Source: a virus
Lineage: Duplodnaviria; Heunggongvirae; Uroviricota; Caudoviricetes
Length of the DNA: 12,902 bases
Virus record (IMG/VR): IMGVR_UViG_2541047884_000004
Reading direction: 5' to 3' (one strand)
Shown: piece by piece, positions 1 to 8,111 of the stretch
How positions within the stretch are numbered: position 1 is the first letter of the stretch
How the letters are laid out: every line of letters begins with the position of its first letter
The notes under the pieces: generated by a model
Told to the model about the DNA's origin: nothing
The model's database searches: none
Seen by the model: the letters and a program-made list of their open reading frames with translations, nothing else
Position numbers and translations under genes: made by a program

Positions 1-169
1 GCATCTGTATGTCAGTAATTACCGCGTTCGCCAGCGTCAGTTCTCTGGCATTTTTGTCGCGCTGGGCTTTGTAGGTAATGGCGTTATCACGGTAATGATT
101 AACAGCCCATGACAGGCAGACGATGATGCAGATAACCAGAGCGGAGATAATCGCGGTTACTCTGTTCAT
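1..169 (-). CDS. Rz-like i-spanin, N-terminal part only; gene continues beyond the window start
   Basis: Minus-strand ATG at 169..167 overlaps the endolysin stop (ATGA). My own translation of the reverse complement gives [56 protein letters not shown]..., i.e. an N-terminal TM helix followed by a charged coiled-coil-like region, and it sits directly downstream of the endolysin. Confidence 0.6.
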   Translation of the reverse strand, partial: MNRVTAIISALVICIIVCLSWAVNHYRDNAITYKAQRDKNARELTLANAVITDIQM

Positions 170-663
170 TGCTGACCCCACAAACAGATTTCACGCTCAA
201 TCTCACGACGAGTCATGAGACCTTTCCATTGCTTACCGCCAGCATATGTCCAGCGACGTAGCTGATCACATGCGCCTTTGATATCGCCCTGGTTTATTTT
301 GCGAAGAAGCGTCGATGTTCTGAAATTGCCAGCACCCACGTTGTAAACGAATGAGTAAAGAGCGCCGCGCATTGTTTCCGGTATATCGACTTTGATGTAC
401 GGGTTAATTTGTCTGGCGACCGTGGCAAGGTCTTTATTCAGGAGGGCTTTGCATTCTGCTTTGGTATACGTTTTACCGAGCATGATGTCTTTTCCTGTAT
501 GCCCGTGACATACAGTCCATACACCAACAATATCTTTGTATGGTATGTAGCTGACACCTTCCAGACCATCGTTACCACTTGGGCCAGTGATTAACACTGA
601 TGCTATAGCAATTGCTCCGCCACCAATAGCAGCAGCAACGGCTTTTCGTAATGATGGAGGCAT
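166..663 (-). CDS. R: SAR endolysin, phage 21 R-type lysozyme (GH24)
   Basis: 165-aa ORF. N-terminal Gly/Ala-rich weak TM segment ([18 protein letters not shown]) typical of a signal-anchor-release domain, followed by a T4-lysozyme-like core. Start ATG 663..661 overlaps the holin stop by 1 nt. Confidence 0.88.
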   Translation of the reverse strand: MPPSLRKAVAAAIGGGAIAIASVLITGPSGNDGLEGVSYIPYKDIVGVWTVCHGHTGKDIMLGKTYTKAECKALLNKDLATVARQINPYIKVDIPETMRGALYSFVYNVGAGNFRTSTLLRKINQGDIKGACDQLRRWTYAGGKQWKGLMTRREIEREICLWGQQ

Positions 664-878
664 TATTCACCTCTCGCAGCCTTGCGCTTATCTTCTTTAA
701 TCTTGAAATAAAGGTTTGTCAGGTACGTCAGCAGGCCAAATACCAGGCTACCCAGCACACCTATTGCCGCCCACTGTGAGGGCGTGACTTTATCGAGCAA
801 CTGTAAAAACCAGTACCCGGCACTACCTGCTGAGGTACCATAGGCGACACCCGTTGTTAACTTATCCATGGATTTCAT
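663..878 (-). CDS. S: Class II holin, pinholin of the phage 21 S type, with dual-start motif
   Basis: 71-aa [29 protein letters not shown]...; two TM segments; Met1 and Met4 separated by Lys-Ser as in the S21 antiholin/holin pair; immediately upstream of a SAR endolysin. Confidence 0.85.
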
Positions 879-1006
879 AACCCCACCTCGCAGACAAAGC
901 GGGTGTAAATTAAGGGGATACTACGTATCGCAATAAAGGCAGAAACGTAACAGATTCGGAGTCAGTGAATAACTCAGGTATTGGGTTATCAGCTAATATC
1001 GAGACT

Positions 1007-1037
1007 CAAAAAATGGAAAAACCCGCTCGACGGCGGG
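1007..1037 (-). terminator. Intrinsic terminator, minus-strand polarity, about 140 bp upstream of the holin start
   Basis: GC-rich inverted repeat cccgc-tcgacg-gcggg at 1022..1037; on the minus strand it is followed by TTTTTCCATTTTTT (plus-strand A-run 1007..1021). Confidence 0.5.
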
Positions 1038-1466
1038 TTTAAGCTGTGTGACGAAGTAACCACTCTTAACAGCATAACCAATTTTTTACGTACGTAAACT
1101 ACTAAATGATATTTGTGAGAATGCCACCGAGTGTTCAAAACACCACCACAAATGCATAAGAAAACTTCAACAAATAACCAGTTAATAATTTCCGATGTTA
1201 TTTTTAGTTTGTTTAAATTAAGCTAAAGAATTATAGAGCACTTATAAATAAGTGCCATTAATATAAATTAGCTAATAGATTTATTTTTGTTCAGACAAGA
1301 GCCATGAATAGGATTAGATAGAAAAGGTTCAGATAAAAATAGAGATCTACTTCACAAATTAAATGAGAAACTAAAACTTACATCTTGAAATAATCACATT
1401 GATTAGATGAATATTTATCGCGCAGTGACATCATTTTTTAATAATAGTTCAAAAAAAGGGCGTACA

Positions 1467-2549
1467 ATGAAAAAATTAACAGTGGCAATTTCTGCTGTAG
1501 CTGCATCAGTACTGATGGCGATGTCTGCTCAGGCAGCTGAAATTTATAATAAAGACAGTAACAAGCTGGATCTATACGGGAAAGTTAATGCCAAGCACTA
1601 CTTCTCCTCTAATGATGCAGATGATGGTGATACTACTTATGCCCGTCTTGGCTTCAAAGGTGAAACCCAAATCAACGATCAACTGACTGGTTTCGGTCAG
1701 TGGGAATATGAATTCAAAGGCAACCGTGCTGAATCTCAAGGTTCTTCCAAAGACAAAACCCGTCTTGCATTTGCAGGCCTGAAATTTGGTGATTACGGCT
1801 CAATCGATTACGGCCGTAACTACGGTGTAGCATACGACATCGGTGCGTGGACTGACGTTCTGCCAGAATTCGGTGGTGATACCTGGACCCAAACAGATGT
1901 GTTCATGACTGGTCGCACTACTGGTGTTGCAACTTATCGTAACAACGACTTCTTTGGTCTGGTCGATGGCCTGAACTTTGCTGCTCAGTATCAGGGTAAA
2001 AATGACCGCACTGACGTAACTGAAGCCAATGGTGATGGTTTCGGTTTCTCCACTACTTATGAGTATGAAGGATTCGGCGTGGGTGCAACCTATGCTAAAT
2101 CAGATCGCACTGACGGTCAGGTCGCCTATGGTAAGAGCAAATTCAATGCCTCCGGCAAAAATGCGGAAGTATGGGCTGCAGGCCTGAAATATGATGCGAA
2201 CAATATCTATCTGGCTACCACATATTCTGAAACTCAGAATATGACCGTTTTTGGTAATAACCATATTGCAAACAAAGCACAAAACTTTGAAGCAGTAGCA
2301 CAATATCAGTTTGACTTCGGTCTGCGTCCATCTGTTGCTTACCTTCAGTCAAAAGGTAAAGACCTTGGTGTTCATGGTGACCGAGACTTAGTCAAGTATG
2401 TCGATGTCGGTGCTACTTACTACTTTAATAAAAACATGTCCACTTTTGTTGATTACAAAATCAACTTAATTGACGATAGTAAGTTTACCAAAACAGCTGG
2501 TATTGATACCGACGACATCGTCGCTGTAGGTCTGGTTTATCAGTTCTAA
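1467..2549 (+). CDS. nmpC: OmpC/PhoE-family general porin, phage-borne NmpC/Lc-like
   Basis: Signal peptide [23 protein letters not shown] then [16 protein letters not shown]...; hallmark 16-strand porin motifs ([43 protein letters not shown]-terminal VAVGLVYQF). ATG 1467 is preceded by AAGGG. Location between Q and the lysis genes matches the known nmpC (DLP12) and lc (PA-2) position. Confidence 0.88.
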   Translation: MKKLTVAISAVAASVLMAMSAQAAEIYNKDSNKLDLYGKVNAKHYFSSNDADDGDTTYARLGFKGETQINDQLTGFGQWEYEFKGNRAESQGSSKDKTRLAFAGLKFGDYGSIDYGRNYGVAYDIGAWTDVLPEFGGDTWTQTDVFMTGRTTGVATYRNNDFFGLVDGLNFAAQYQGKNDRTDVTEANGDGFGFSTTYEYEGFGVGATYAKSDRTDGQVAYGKSKFNASGKNAEVWAAGLKYDANNIYLATTYSETQNMTVFGNNHIANKAQNFEAVAQYQFDFGLRPSVAYLQSKGKDLGVHGDRDLVKYVDVGATYYFNKNMSTFVDYKINLIDDSKFTKTAGIDTDDIVAVGLVYQF

Positions 2550-2568
2550 TCTGACTTACGAAAAAGAT

Positions 2569-2603
2569 ATGTTGCGGGAGGCTTTGCCTCCGCAACATAT
2601 AAG
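2569..2603 (-). terminator. Long hairpin with downstream U-run on the minus strand; candidate tR'-like terminator about 140-170 nt downstream of Q
   Basis: atgttgcgggaggc / ttt / gcctccgcaacat (13-14 bp stem, one bulge). Minus-strand transcript would continue AUCUUUUUCG (plus-strand cgaaaaagat at 2558..2568). No T-run on the plus side. Confidence 0.4.
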
Positions 2604-2687
2604 TGGAGCCCTCAAGCCACTTCCTTTAGAAGCACTACCTTGCTTCTTACTATATAAACCTTCTGTTATATATTACCCTTTATTTTG

Positions 2688-2713
2688 GGGGCGTTTCCAC
2701 GCCCCATTTTTAA
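2688..2713 (+). terminator. Intrinsic terminator for the porin transcript
   Basis: 7-bp GC stem ggggcgt / ttcc / acgcccc (2688..2705) followed by ATTTTTAA on the plus strand. Confidence 0.55.
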
Positions 2714-2737
2714 TAACTTTTAGTAAACAATTGCATA

Positions 2738-3121
2738 TCAATTAGAATTATTAGCAACGATATCCATATCTAACCGGATATCTAATGCCATTAACATCCC
2801 TTCAATTATGCCCTCAGCCTTCTGTAACCTTTTCCCGATATAACCATCCGAGCAGCAATGCTTACTTGCCAGTGACATGAATGTCATACCACATACATAA
2901 TAATCTACTAATAAATCGTGTAAATCGCTGTTGTTCTTTTTCAGACGGGCCATGCACCCGCAAATGATCATCGCGTCATCGTCACAACATTGCGGGCGAG
3001 ATTTTACTTTTGAAGGAATTAATCCCTTAAAACCGGCGGCAATGGACGACCAGGTCACATCTTCATGATTATTAGCCGCCCACGCACCCCAACGCTCAAG
3101 AACCATCTGAATATCACGCAT
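2738..3121 (-). CDS. Q: Late-gene antiterminator Q (DLP12 QuuD-like)
   Basis: 127 aa from ATG 3121 ([18 protein letters not shown]...), preceded by GGAG; the ORF-track start at 3136 is a TTG. Cys-rich ([12 protein letters not shown] ... HCCSDG). Position between rusA/ylcG and the lysis cassette. Confidence 0.7.
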   Translation of the reverse strand: MRDIQMVLERWGAWAANNHEDVTWSSIAAGFKGLIPSKVKSRPQCCDDDAMIICGCMARLKKNNSDLHDLLVDYYVCGMTFMSLASKHCCSDGYIGKRLQKAEGIIEGMLMALDIRLDMDIVANNSN

Positions 3122-3206
3122 CAACTTACTCCACAAAAATCAGACCAGAACGCCAATTACAAGCAAAAATCAACAAAACAGTATTAGTTGATTGTTATCT
3201 CTGACT

Positions 3207-3347
3207 TCATACTCCTGTTCCTGTCAGGGTTTTGGCGTAATTCTTCAGTATTCGGTAATCGGTCAAAACAGAACCGAGGAAACGATATAAGCGCAGACGC
3301 CCCCAGCGGTGGCGAAGAAGTTCTGCCATATTAAACTCAAACATCAT
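3207..3347 (-). CDS. Small YlcG-like protein (46 aa)
   Basis: Not in the ORF track (too short). My translation: [46 protein letters not shown]. Start overlaps the rusA stop (ATG 3347..3345 against TGA 3346..3344). A small gene of this kind lies between rusA and Q in DLP12-type prophages. Confidence 0.45.
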   Translation of the reverse strand: MMFEFNMAELLRHRWGRLRLYRFLGSVLTDYRILKNYAKTLTGTGV

Positions 3348-3706
3348 TCATTCCCCATTTCGGTGATGGTCAGTTCCAGCCTCCCACCTTTGGTAACAGG
3401 CATCTTCACAACGCGGTAATCAACGACCTGAGCATCATCCAGCCAGAAACCTGCTTTAGTGAGTGCGTCAAAAGCGGCTTTTTGCAGATTATCCAGGTCA
3501 CGGCGACGGCGATCCGGCATGTGGCACTCAATGCGGATTTTCACAGGCATAGCCAGGCCGATATCCAGCATTGCGTTTTTAATGATTCGGGCGACGTTAT
3601 CGCGGTATGCCTGCCCCTCTGCGCTGACGTGCGTGCGCCCGCGATTATGGCGGTAATAGCGATTATTGCTCGGAGGCCAGGGTAATGTGATGCTGTAGGT
3701 ATTCAC
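3344..3706 (-). CDS. rusA: Holliday junction resolvase RusA
   Basis: 120-aa [49 protein letters not shown]...; matches the RusA family as I recall it, including the acidic catalytic residues. The start codon on the DNA is GTG, preceded by GAGGGGG. Confidence 0.9.
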   Translation of the reverse strand: MNTYSITLPWPPSNNRYYRHNRGRTHVSAEGQAYRDNVARIIKNAMLDIGLAMPVKIRIECHMPDRRRRDLDNLQKAAFDALTKAGFWLDDAQVVDYRVVKMPVTKGGRLELTITEMGNE

Positions 3707-3725
3707 GCCTTAATAACCCCCTCTT

Positions 3726-3920
3726 TCAGCCACATAACCTGTGTTCTCGCCATACCTTCCAGCGCGCATTCTTTTGCATATGCAGCATCGACTTGCTTGG
3801 CATGCCCTTTACCGGCAATCTTCTGTATGCGCTAAACCTAGATAGAATCCACTCTGTGCACATTGAAGCCCGCTCTATGCTTTCTTTCAGGTATTGAAGG
3901 GATTGAGATGGGCTAAGCAT
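3726..3920 (-). CDS. Hypothetical 64-aa protein; N-terminus resembles NinF, remainder unrelated (possible recombination-joint remnant)
   Basis: Strong RBS (caGGAGGccaataATG); ATG overlaps the end of the upstream gene. First ~10 residues [10 protein letters not shown] match my recollection of lambda NinF; the downstream sequence lacks the Cys-rich NinF core. Confidence 0.4.
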   Translation of the reverse strand: MLSPSQSLQYLKESIERASMCTEWILSRFSAYRRLPVKGMPSKSMLHMQKNARWKVWREHRLCG

Positions 3921-4260
3921 TATTGGCCTCCTGCATCAGGAGAAAGACAATCATGGCGGCGCGGAGAGGTCTGGTATCAAATATTGGGCTTACGCCTTTT
4001 GCATCCACACACCATTCAGTTAACTGGTCTAAGATAGAAATCCTGTATTTCTCAATAATCGGCCATGAAGCGCTCGGATCATTGCAGTAGTCAGGCAAAT
4101 GATTTAATGGCTCAAAAGTTGTATCAGCATTTCCGTAATACCATTTGTTGGTGTTATTCCCTGATGTTTCCGGTTTACTTGCCCAAAGGCCTTTAAAAAT
4201 TATGTCTCCTACCATTCTGTTAATTTCAAAATCACTTAACTGTGAATAATCCATTGTCAT
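3913..4260 (-). CDS. Hypothetical protein, possibly NinX/DUF2591-like
   Basis: 115 aa from ATG 4260 ([18 protein letters not shown]...), ATGA-coupled to the ninE stop. Family assignment is from memory only. Confidence 0.45.
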   Translation of the reverse strand: MTMDYSQLSDFEINRMVGDIIFKGLWASKPETSGNNTNKWYYGNADTTFEPLNHLPDYCNDPSASWPIIEKYRISILDQLTEWCVDAKGVSPIFDTRPLRAAMIVFLLMQEANNA

Positions 4261-4433
4261 TTCCTCGCACGATATCTTAGCCACCGGATATCCCACAGGT
4301 GGGCTGTGTAATTGAAGGTTTTTACGTCAGATTCTTTTGGGATTAGCTTGCGTTTATTTCTGGAGCGTTTCGTTGGAAGGTATTTGCAGTTTTCGCAGAT
4401 TATGTCGGTGATGCTTCGTCGCTGTCGTCTCAT
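4257..4433 (-). CDS. ninE: NinE
   Basis: 58 aa from ATG 4433 ([58 protein letters not shown]), near-identical to lambda NinE as recalled. ATGA overlap with the upstream methyltransferase stop. Confidence 0.8.
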   Translation of the reverse strand: MRRQRRSITDIICENCKYLPTKRSRNKRKLIPKESDVKTFNYTAHLWDIRWLRYRARK

Positions 4434-4957
4434 GCAGCCCTCCTGACGCCCTGCCCGATCGCCATCAATGCCGCTTTGGATACGGTAGTAAACATCCGTC
4501 GAGGACTGATGAACGGTCGCCAAATCAGCAGCATGGAGCCTTTGCTGTTTCCCTTCTTCTCCAGCCCTGTCGATGGTTCGATAAAATTAATCCGTCCATC
4601 AGTGATAATACGAACTTCGTCAACACTCTCCAGAGCCTTGCTGAACCATCCGACAGACATATCCTCTGGCACAAGCATCACTACCGTCTGTCGCTGTTGT
4701 ATACACTGCTCAGCGGCTTTTTCCACCCACGGCCTGATATTGCTGTACGGTGGGTTATTCCAGATTGCACCGTGGCTTACCCACTCAGAATTGAGCGCGT
4801 CGTCGTCCTCAGTTAGCCAGTGAGCGCACAGAGCATTTTTGTCGCTCGCTGCCGAATCCAGCCAGAATCCAAACTCAATATCCAGTGCATCAAAAAGCCA
4901 AAGCGGCGTTTGCCAGCAGTCCTTGTCGTGTGCTGGCGTATTTGATTTGATAGTCAT
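4430..4957 (-). CDS. Phage Dam-type DNA N6-adenine methyltransferase
   Basis: 175 aa from ATG 4957 ([26 protein letters not shown]...); contains the NPPY catalytic motif (WNNPPYS). ATGA overlap with the ninB stop. The ORF-track 5' extension is not credited. Confidence 0.8.
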   Translation of the reverse strand: MTIKSNTPAHDKDCWQTPLWLFDALDIEFGFWLDSAASDKNALCAHWLTEDDDALNSEWVSHGAIWNNPPYSNIRPWVEKAAEQCIQQRQTVVMLVPEDMSVGWFSKALESVDEVRIITDGRINFIEPSTGLEKKGNSKGSMLLIWRPFISPRRMFTTVSKAALMAIGQGVRRAA

Positions 4958-5394
4958 GCAGCCCGATCTCCCCATCGCGCTTTCCATTCGAGAGCCAGTC
5001 GCGCTTCGTCTGACCACTTAACGCCACGCTCTGTACCGAATGCCTGTATAAGCTCTAATAGCTCCGCAAATTCGCTTACACGCATCCTGCTGGTTGACTG
5101 GCCTATTACCACAAAGCCATTCCCGGCAAGGTTAGGAACAACATCCTGCTGCTTTAATGCTGCGGTAAACACACACTTCCAGCTTTCTGCATCCAGCCAG
5201 CGACCATGCCATTCAACCTGACGAGAGACGTCACCTAAGCAGGCCCATAGCTTCCTGTTTTGGTCTAAGCTGCGGTTGCGTTCCTGAATGGTTACTACGA
5301 TTGGTTTGGTTGGGTCTGGAAGGATTTGCTGTACTGCGTGAATAGCGTTTTGCTGATGTGCCGGAGATCGAATTTCAAAGGTTAGTTTTTTCAT
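4954..5394 (-). CDS. ninB: NinB (Orf) recombination protein
   Basis: 146 aa from ATG 5394 (MKKLTFEIRSPAHQQNAIHAVQQILPDPTKP...), preceded by GGGAGAGGGAAG; near-identical to lambda NinB as recalled. Confidence 0.9.
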   Translation of the reverse strand: MKKLTFEIRSPAHQQNAIHAVQQILPDPTKPIVVTIQERNRSLDQNRKLWACLGDVSRQVEWHGRWLDAESWKCVFTAALKQQDVVPNLAGNGFVVIGQSTSRMRVSEFAELLELIQAFGTERGVKWSDEARLALEWKARWGDRAA

Positions 5395-5467
5395 GACTTC
5401 CCTCTCCCCCAAATAAAAAGGCCTGCGATTACCTGCAGGCCTGTTATTAGCTCAGTGATGTAGATGG

Positions 5468-5758
5468 TCATCTTTTAACTCCATATACCGCCAATATCCG
5501 TTTCATCGTGGCACTCTGGCGACACTCCTTAAAAATCAGGTTCGTGCTCATCTTTCCTTCCCGTTCTTCCTTGGTAGCAAACCGGTAATACACCGTTCGC
5601 CAGACCTTACCTTCGATAACCAGAAGACCTGCCCGTGCCATTTTAGCCGCGGCCTGATTTATGCTGGTTACTGTTGCGCCTGTTAGCGCGGCAACGTCCG
5701 GCGCACAGAAGCTATTATGCGTCCCCAGGTAATGAATAATTGCCTCTTTGCCCGTCAT
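5468..5758 (-). CDS. ren: Ren (Rex-exclusion resistance protein)
   Basis: 96 aa MTGKEAIIHYLGTHNSFCAPDVAALTGATVTSINQAAAKMARAG...; matches lambda Ren as recalled. ATG 5758 overlaps the P stop (ATGA). Confidence 0.85.
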   Translation of the reverse strand: MTGKEAIIHYLGTHNSFCAPDVAALTGATVTSINQAAAKMARAGLLVIEGKVWRTVYYRFATKEEREGKMSTNLIFKECRQSATMKRILAVYGVKR

Positions 5759-6456
5759 ACACTTGCTCCTTTCAGTCCTAACTTAGCTTTAATTTCTGCG
5801 ATCTTCGCCAGCGCCTGAACACGATTTAGAGGTCTGCCGCCCATGACAGGAAGTTGTTTTACTGGTTCAGGTATCGTCTCACCACGGTTAATTCGCGCTG
5901 TCATACAGGTCAGTTCATCGGCAGCCTTGCGTCGTAATTCCGCGTCAGTCAGCGCATTGGCCCGCATGTTCTGGTACAGGTTGGTAACCAGCCAGTAGTG
6001 CGCGTTCGATTTCCACGGATAAGACTCTGCATCCGGATACAGGCCTCGCTTCCGGCAATACTCGTAAACCATATCAACCAGCTCGCTGACGTTTGGCAGT
6101 CCGGCGATAACGGATGCTTCTTCCCGGCACCATGCAACAAACTGCCCGGGTGATGGCAGAAATGGTCGATTCTGCCGACGGGCTACGCGCATTCCTGCGT
6201 TAACCTGTTCCATTGTGGTGATCCCGTTTTCCCGGAAAGCCAGAACCCACTGGCGGCGGATTTCGTTCAGTTCGTTCTGGTCACGGTTAGCCAGACTCGC
6301 CGGGAAAGTTGCCAGTAACTGGCTGAACACACCGTTGATGATCTGCGCTACCTGCTGTACCTGCGGCTTTTCGTCGTACTGTTCCGGCATGTTGTTGGCG
6401 ATCCGACGCATCTGCTCACGGTCAAAATTAACCATCTGTGCGGCGATGTTTTTCAT
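5755..6456 (-). CDS. P: Replication protein P (DnaB helicase loader)
   Basis: 233 aa MKNIAAQMVNFDREQMRRIANNMPEQYDEKPQVQQVAQIINGVFSQLL...; near-identical to lambda P as recalled. ATG 6456 overlaps the O stop. Confidence 0.95.
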   Translation of the reverse strand: MKNIAAQMVNFDREQMRRIANNMPEQYDEKPQVQQVAQIINGVFSQLLATFPASLANRDQNELNEIRRQWVLAFRENGITTMEQVNAGMRVARRQNRPFLPSPGQFVAWCREEASVIAGLPNVSELVDMVYEYCRKRGLYPDAESYPWKSNAHYWLVTNLYQNMRANALTDAELRRKAADELTCMTARINRGETIPEPVKQLPVMGGRPLNRVQALAKIAEIKAKLGLKGASV

Positions 6457-6801
6457 AAATCCACCCCGTAAATCCAGTCAGTGTTTGTCAGGTCGAGTTT
6501 TGGTTTGCAGGCTGTCACACCTGCCTGTTGCTTGTTACGGTTGATTTCGAGCTGGGTCCACTTGTCGCGGAGTTTGGCCGGGCTCAGCACGTTACCGGAC
6601 CAGAAGTTGTCCTGGCATGCCCAGCGGAACAGTACACACATGTCGCGATGGTTACGTCCGTCACGTTCACGCATCAGGCGGATATCGTTAGCCCACCCTG
6701 CAAAATTCGGTTTTCTGGCTGATGGCGCGATGGTCTTCACCATGTCAAACATCCATTCTGCGGCGGTCAGGTCTTCTGCTGTCCCCCACTTGCTGCCGCT
6801 C
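6453..6801 (-). pseudogene. O: Replication initiator O, C-terminal (P-interacting) fragment, separated from its 5' part by an IS insertion
   Basis: In-frame translation from the IS boundary reads SGSKWGTAEDLTAAEWMFDMVKTIAPSARKPNFAGWANDIRLMRERDG...GVDL, matching the lambda O C-terminus. No promoter or start of its own; the upstream boundary is the IS end at 6802. Confidence 0.9.
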
Positions 6802-6855
6802 TGAACCGCCCCGGGAATCCTGGAGACTAAACTTCCTGAGAAAGAGGTAAACAGG

Positions 6856-7182
6856 ATGACTAAAAATACTCGTTTTTCCCCCGAAGTCCGTCAACGGGCA
6901 GTCCGTATGGTTCTGGAAAGTCAGAGCGAATATGACTCACAATGGGCGACAATTTGTTCCATTGCTCCAAAGATTGGCTGTACGCCGGAGACTCTGCGTG
7001 TCTGGGTTCGCCAGCATGAGCGGGATACCGGGGGCGGTGATGGAGGGCTCACCACCGCTGAACGTCAGCGTCTGAAAGAGCTGGAACGTGAAAATCGTGA
7101 ACTGCGCCGCAGTAACGATATCCTTCGCCAGGCTTCCGCTTATTTTGCGAAGGCGGAGTTCGACCGCCTCTGGAAAAAATGA
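6856..7182 (+). CDS. IS3-family transposase OrfA (HTH/leucine-zipper part)
   Basis: 108 aa [55 protein letters not shown]...; ends in an A6 run (7174..7179) where the -1 frame OrfB begins. Confidence 0.9.
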   Translation: MTKNTRFSPEVRQRAVRMVLESQSEYDSQWATICSIAPKIGCTPETLRVWVRQHERDTGGGDGGLTTAERQRLKELERENRELRRSNDILRQASAYFAKAEFDRLWKK

Positions 7183-8069
7183 TGCCACTGCTGGATAAGC
7201 TGCGTGAGCAGTACGGGGTCGGACCGCTATGCAGCGAACTGCATATTGCCCCGTCAACGTATTACCACTGTCAGCAACAGCGACATCATCCGGATAAACG
7301 CAGTGCCCGTGCGCAGCGCGATGACTGGCTGAAGAAAGAGATACAGCGCGTATACGATGAAAATCACAAGGTATACGGTGTGCGTAAAGTCTGGCGTCAG
7401 TTGTTACGGGAAGGTATCAGAGTGGCCAGATGCACTGTGGCACGTCTCATGGCGGTTATGGGACTTGCCGGTGTTCTCCGGGGTAAAAAGGTCCGTACGA
7501 CCATCAGCCGGAAAGCCGTTGCCGCAGGCGACCGCGTAAACCGTCAGTTCGTGGCAGAACGACCTGACCAGCTGTGGGTGGCTGATTTTACTTACGTCAG
7601 CACATGGCGGGGCTTCGTCTATGTGGCGTTCATCATTGATGTGTTTGCCGGATACATCGTGGGGTGGCGGGTCTCATCGTCCATGGAAACGACATTCGTG
7701 CTGGATGCACTGGAGCAGGCGTTATGGGCCCGTCGACCGTCCGGCACGGTCCATCACAGTGATAAAGGTTCTCAGTATGTATCGCTGGCCTACACACAGC
7801 GGCTTAAGGAAGCCGGATTACTGGCATCAACAGGAAGTACAGGCGACTCGTATGACAACGCGATGGCGGAGAGCATCAATGGTCTTTACAAAGCGGAGGT
7901 AATACACCGTAAGAGCTGGAAAAACCGTGCAGAAGTGGAACTGGCCACACTCACGTGGGTGGACTGGTATAACAATCGACGATTGCTGGAAAGGCTGGGC
8001 CATACTCCTCCGGCAGAAGCAGAAAAAGCTTATTATGCTTCCATCGGAAACGATGATCTGGCAGCCTGA
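7179..8069 (+). CDS. IS3-family transposase OrfB (DDE catalytic domain); OrfAB fusion expected by programmed -1 frameshift
   Basis: 296 aa with an rve-type integrase core (…[31 protein letters not shown]… [11 protein letters not shown] … [17 protein letters not shown]…). Overlaps OrfA in the -1 frame at the A-run. Confidence 0.9.
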   Translation: MMPLLDKLREQYGVGPLCSELHIAPSTYYHCQQQRHHPDKRSARAQRDDWLKKEIQRVYDENHKVYGVRKVWRQLLREGIRVARCTVARLMAVMGLAGVLRGKKVRTTISRKAVAAGDRVNRQFVAERPDQLWVADFTYVSTWRGFVYVAFIIDVFAGYIVGWRVSSSMETTFVLDALEQALWARRPSGTVHHSDKGSQYVSLAYTQRLKEAGLLASTGSTGDSYDNAMAESINGLYKAEVIHRKSWKNRAEVELATLTWVDWYNNRRLLERLGHTPPAEAEKAYYASIGNDDLAA

Positions 8070-8111
8070 GTTCACAGATAAAACACTCTCCAGGAAACCC
8101 GGGGCGGTTCA

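Larger units (their letters stand above)
6802..8111 (+). mobile_element. Complete IS3-family insertion sequence (IS629/IS1203-like), 1310 bp, flanked by 3-bp direct repeats CTC (6799..6801 and 8112..8114)
   Basis: Terminal inverted repeats TGAACCGCCCCGGG... at 6802 and its reverse complement ending at 8111 (TG...CA ends). Two overlapping transposase ORFs in the 0/-1 arrangement. Identical CTC on both flanks; the flanking sequence reconstitutes a continuous O reading frame when the element and one CTC copy are removed. Confidence 0.9.

Noticed and set aside
409-594. 61-aa plus-strand ORF
   Set aside because: Lies entirely antisense inside the well-supported endolysin gene; no RBS; typical shadow ORF.
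879-1466. Possible tRNA genes between Q and the lysis cassette, as seen in some lambdoid phages
   Set aside because: No cloverleaf-compatible segment or conserved T-loop (GTTCGA) motif found by eye in this spacer; cannot be fully excluded without tRNAscan.
2100-2303. 67-aa minus-strand ORF
   Set aside because: Antisense within the porin gene; Cys-rich low-complexity translation; no start context.
3459-3685. Two overlapping plus-strand ORFs (65 and 67 aa)
   Set aside because: Both are antisense to rusA, whose identity is secure; Arg-rich translations typical of antisense GC-rich coding DNA.
4958-5017. 5' extension of the methyltransferase ORF (MVRRSATGSR...)
   Set aside because: Overlaps the ninB coding region; the internal ATG at 4957 is ATGA-coupled to the ninB stop and gives a conventional start.
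4476-5021. Plus-strand ORFs 4476..4823 and 4839..5021
   Set aside because: Antisense to the methyltransferase and ninB; Ser-rich low-complexity translations.
5949-6804. ORFs 5949..6140 (-), 6215..6544 (+), 6481..6804 (+) and 6528..6722 (+)
   Set aside because: All overlap P or the O C-terminal fragment in other frames or strands; no independent support.
6937-8075. ORFs 6937..7257 (-), 7357..7539 (+), 7621..7902 (+) and 7827..8075 (-) inside the IS
   Set aside because: Alternative-frame or antisense ORFs within the transposase genes; IS3-family elements encode only OrfA, OrfB and the OrfAB fusion.
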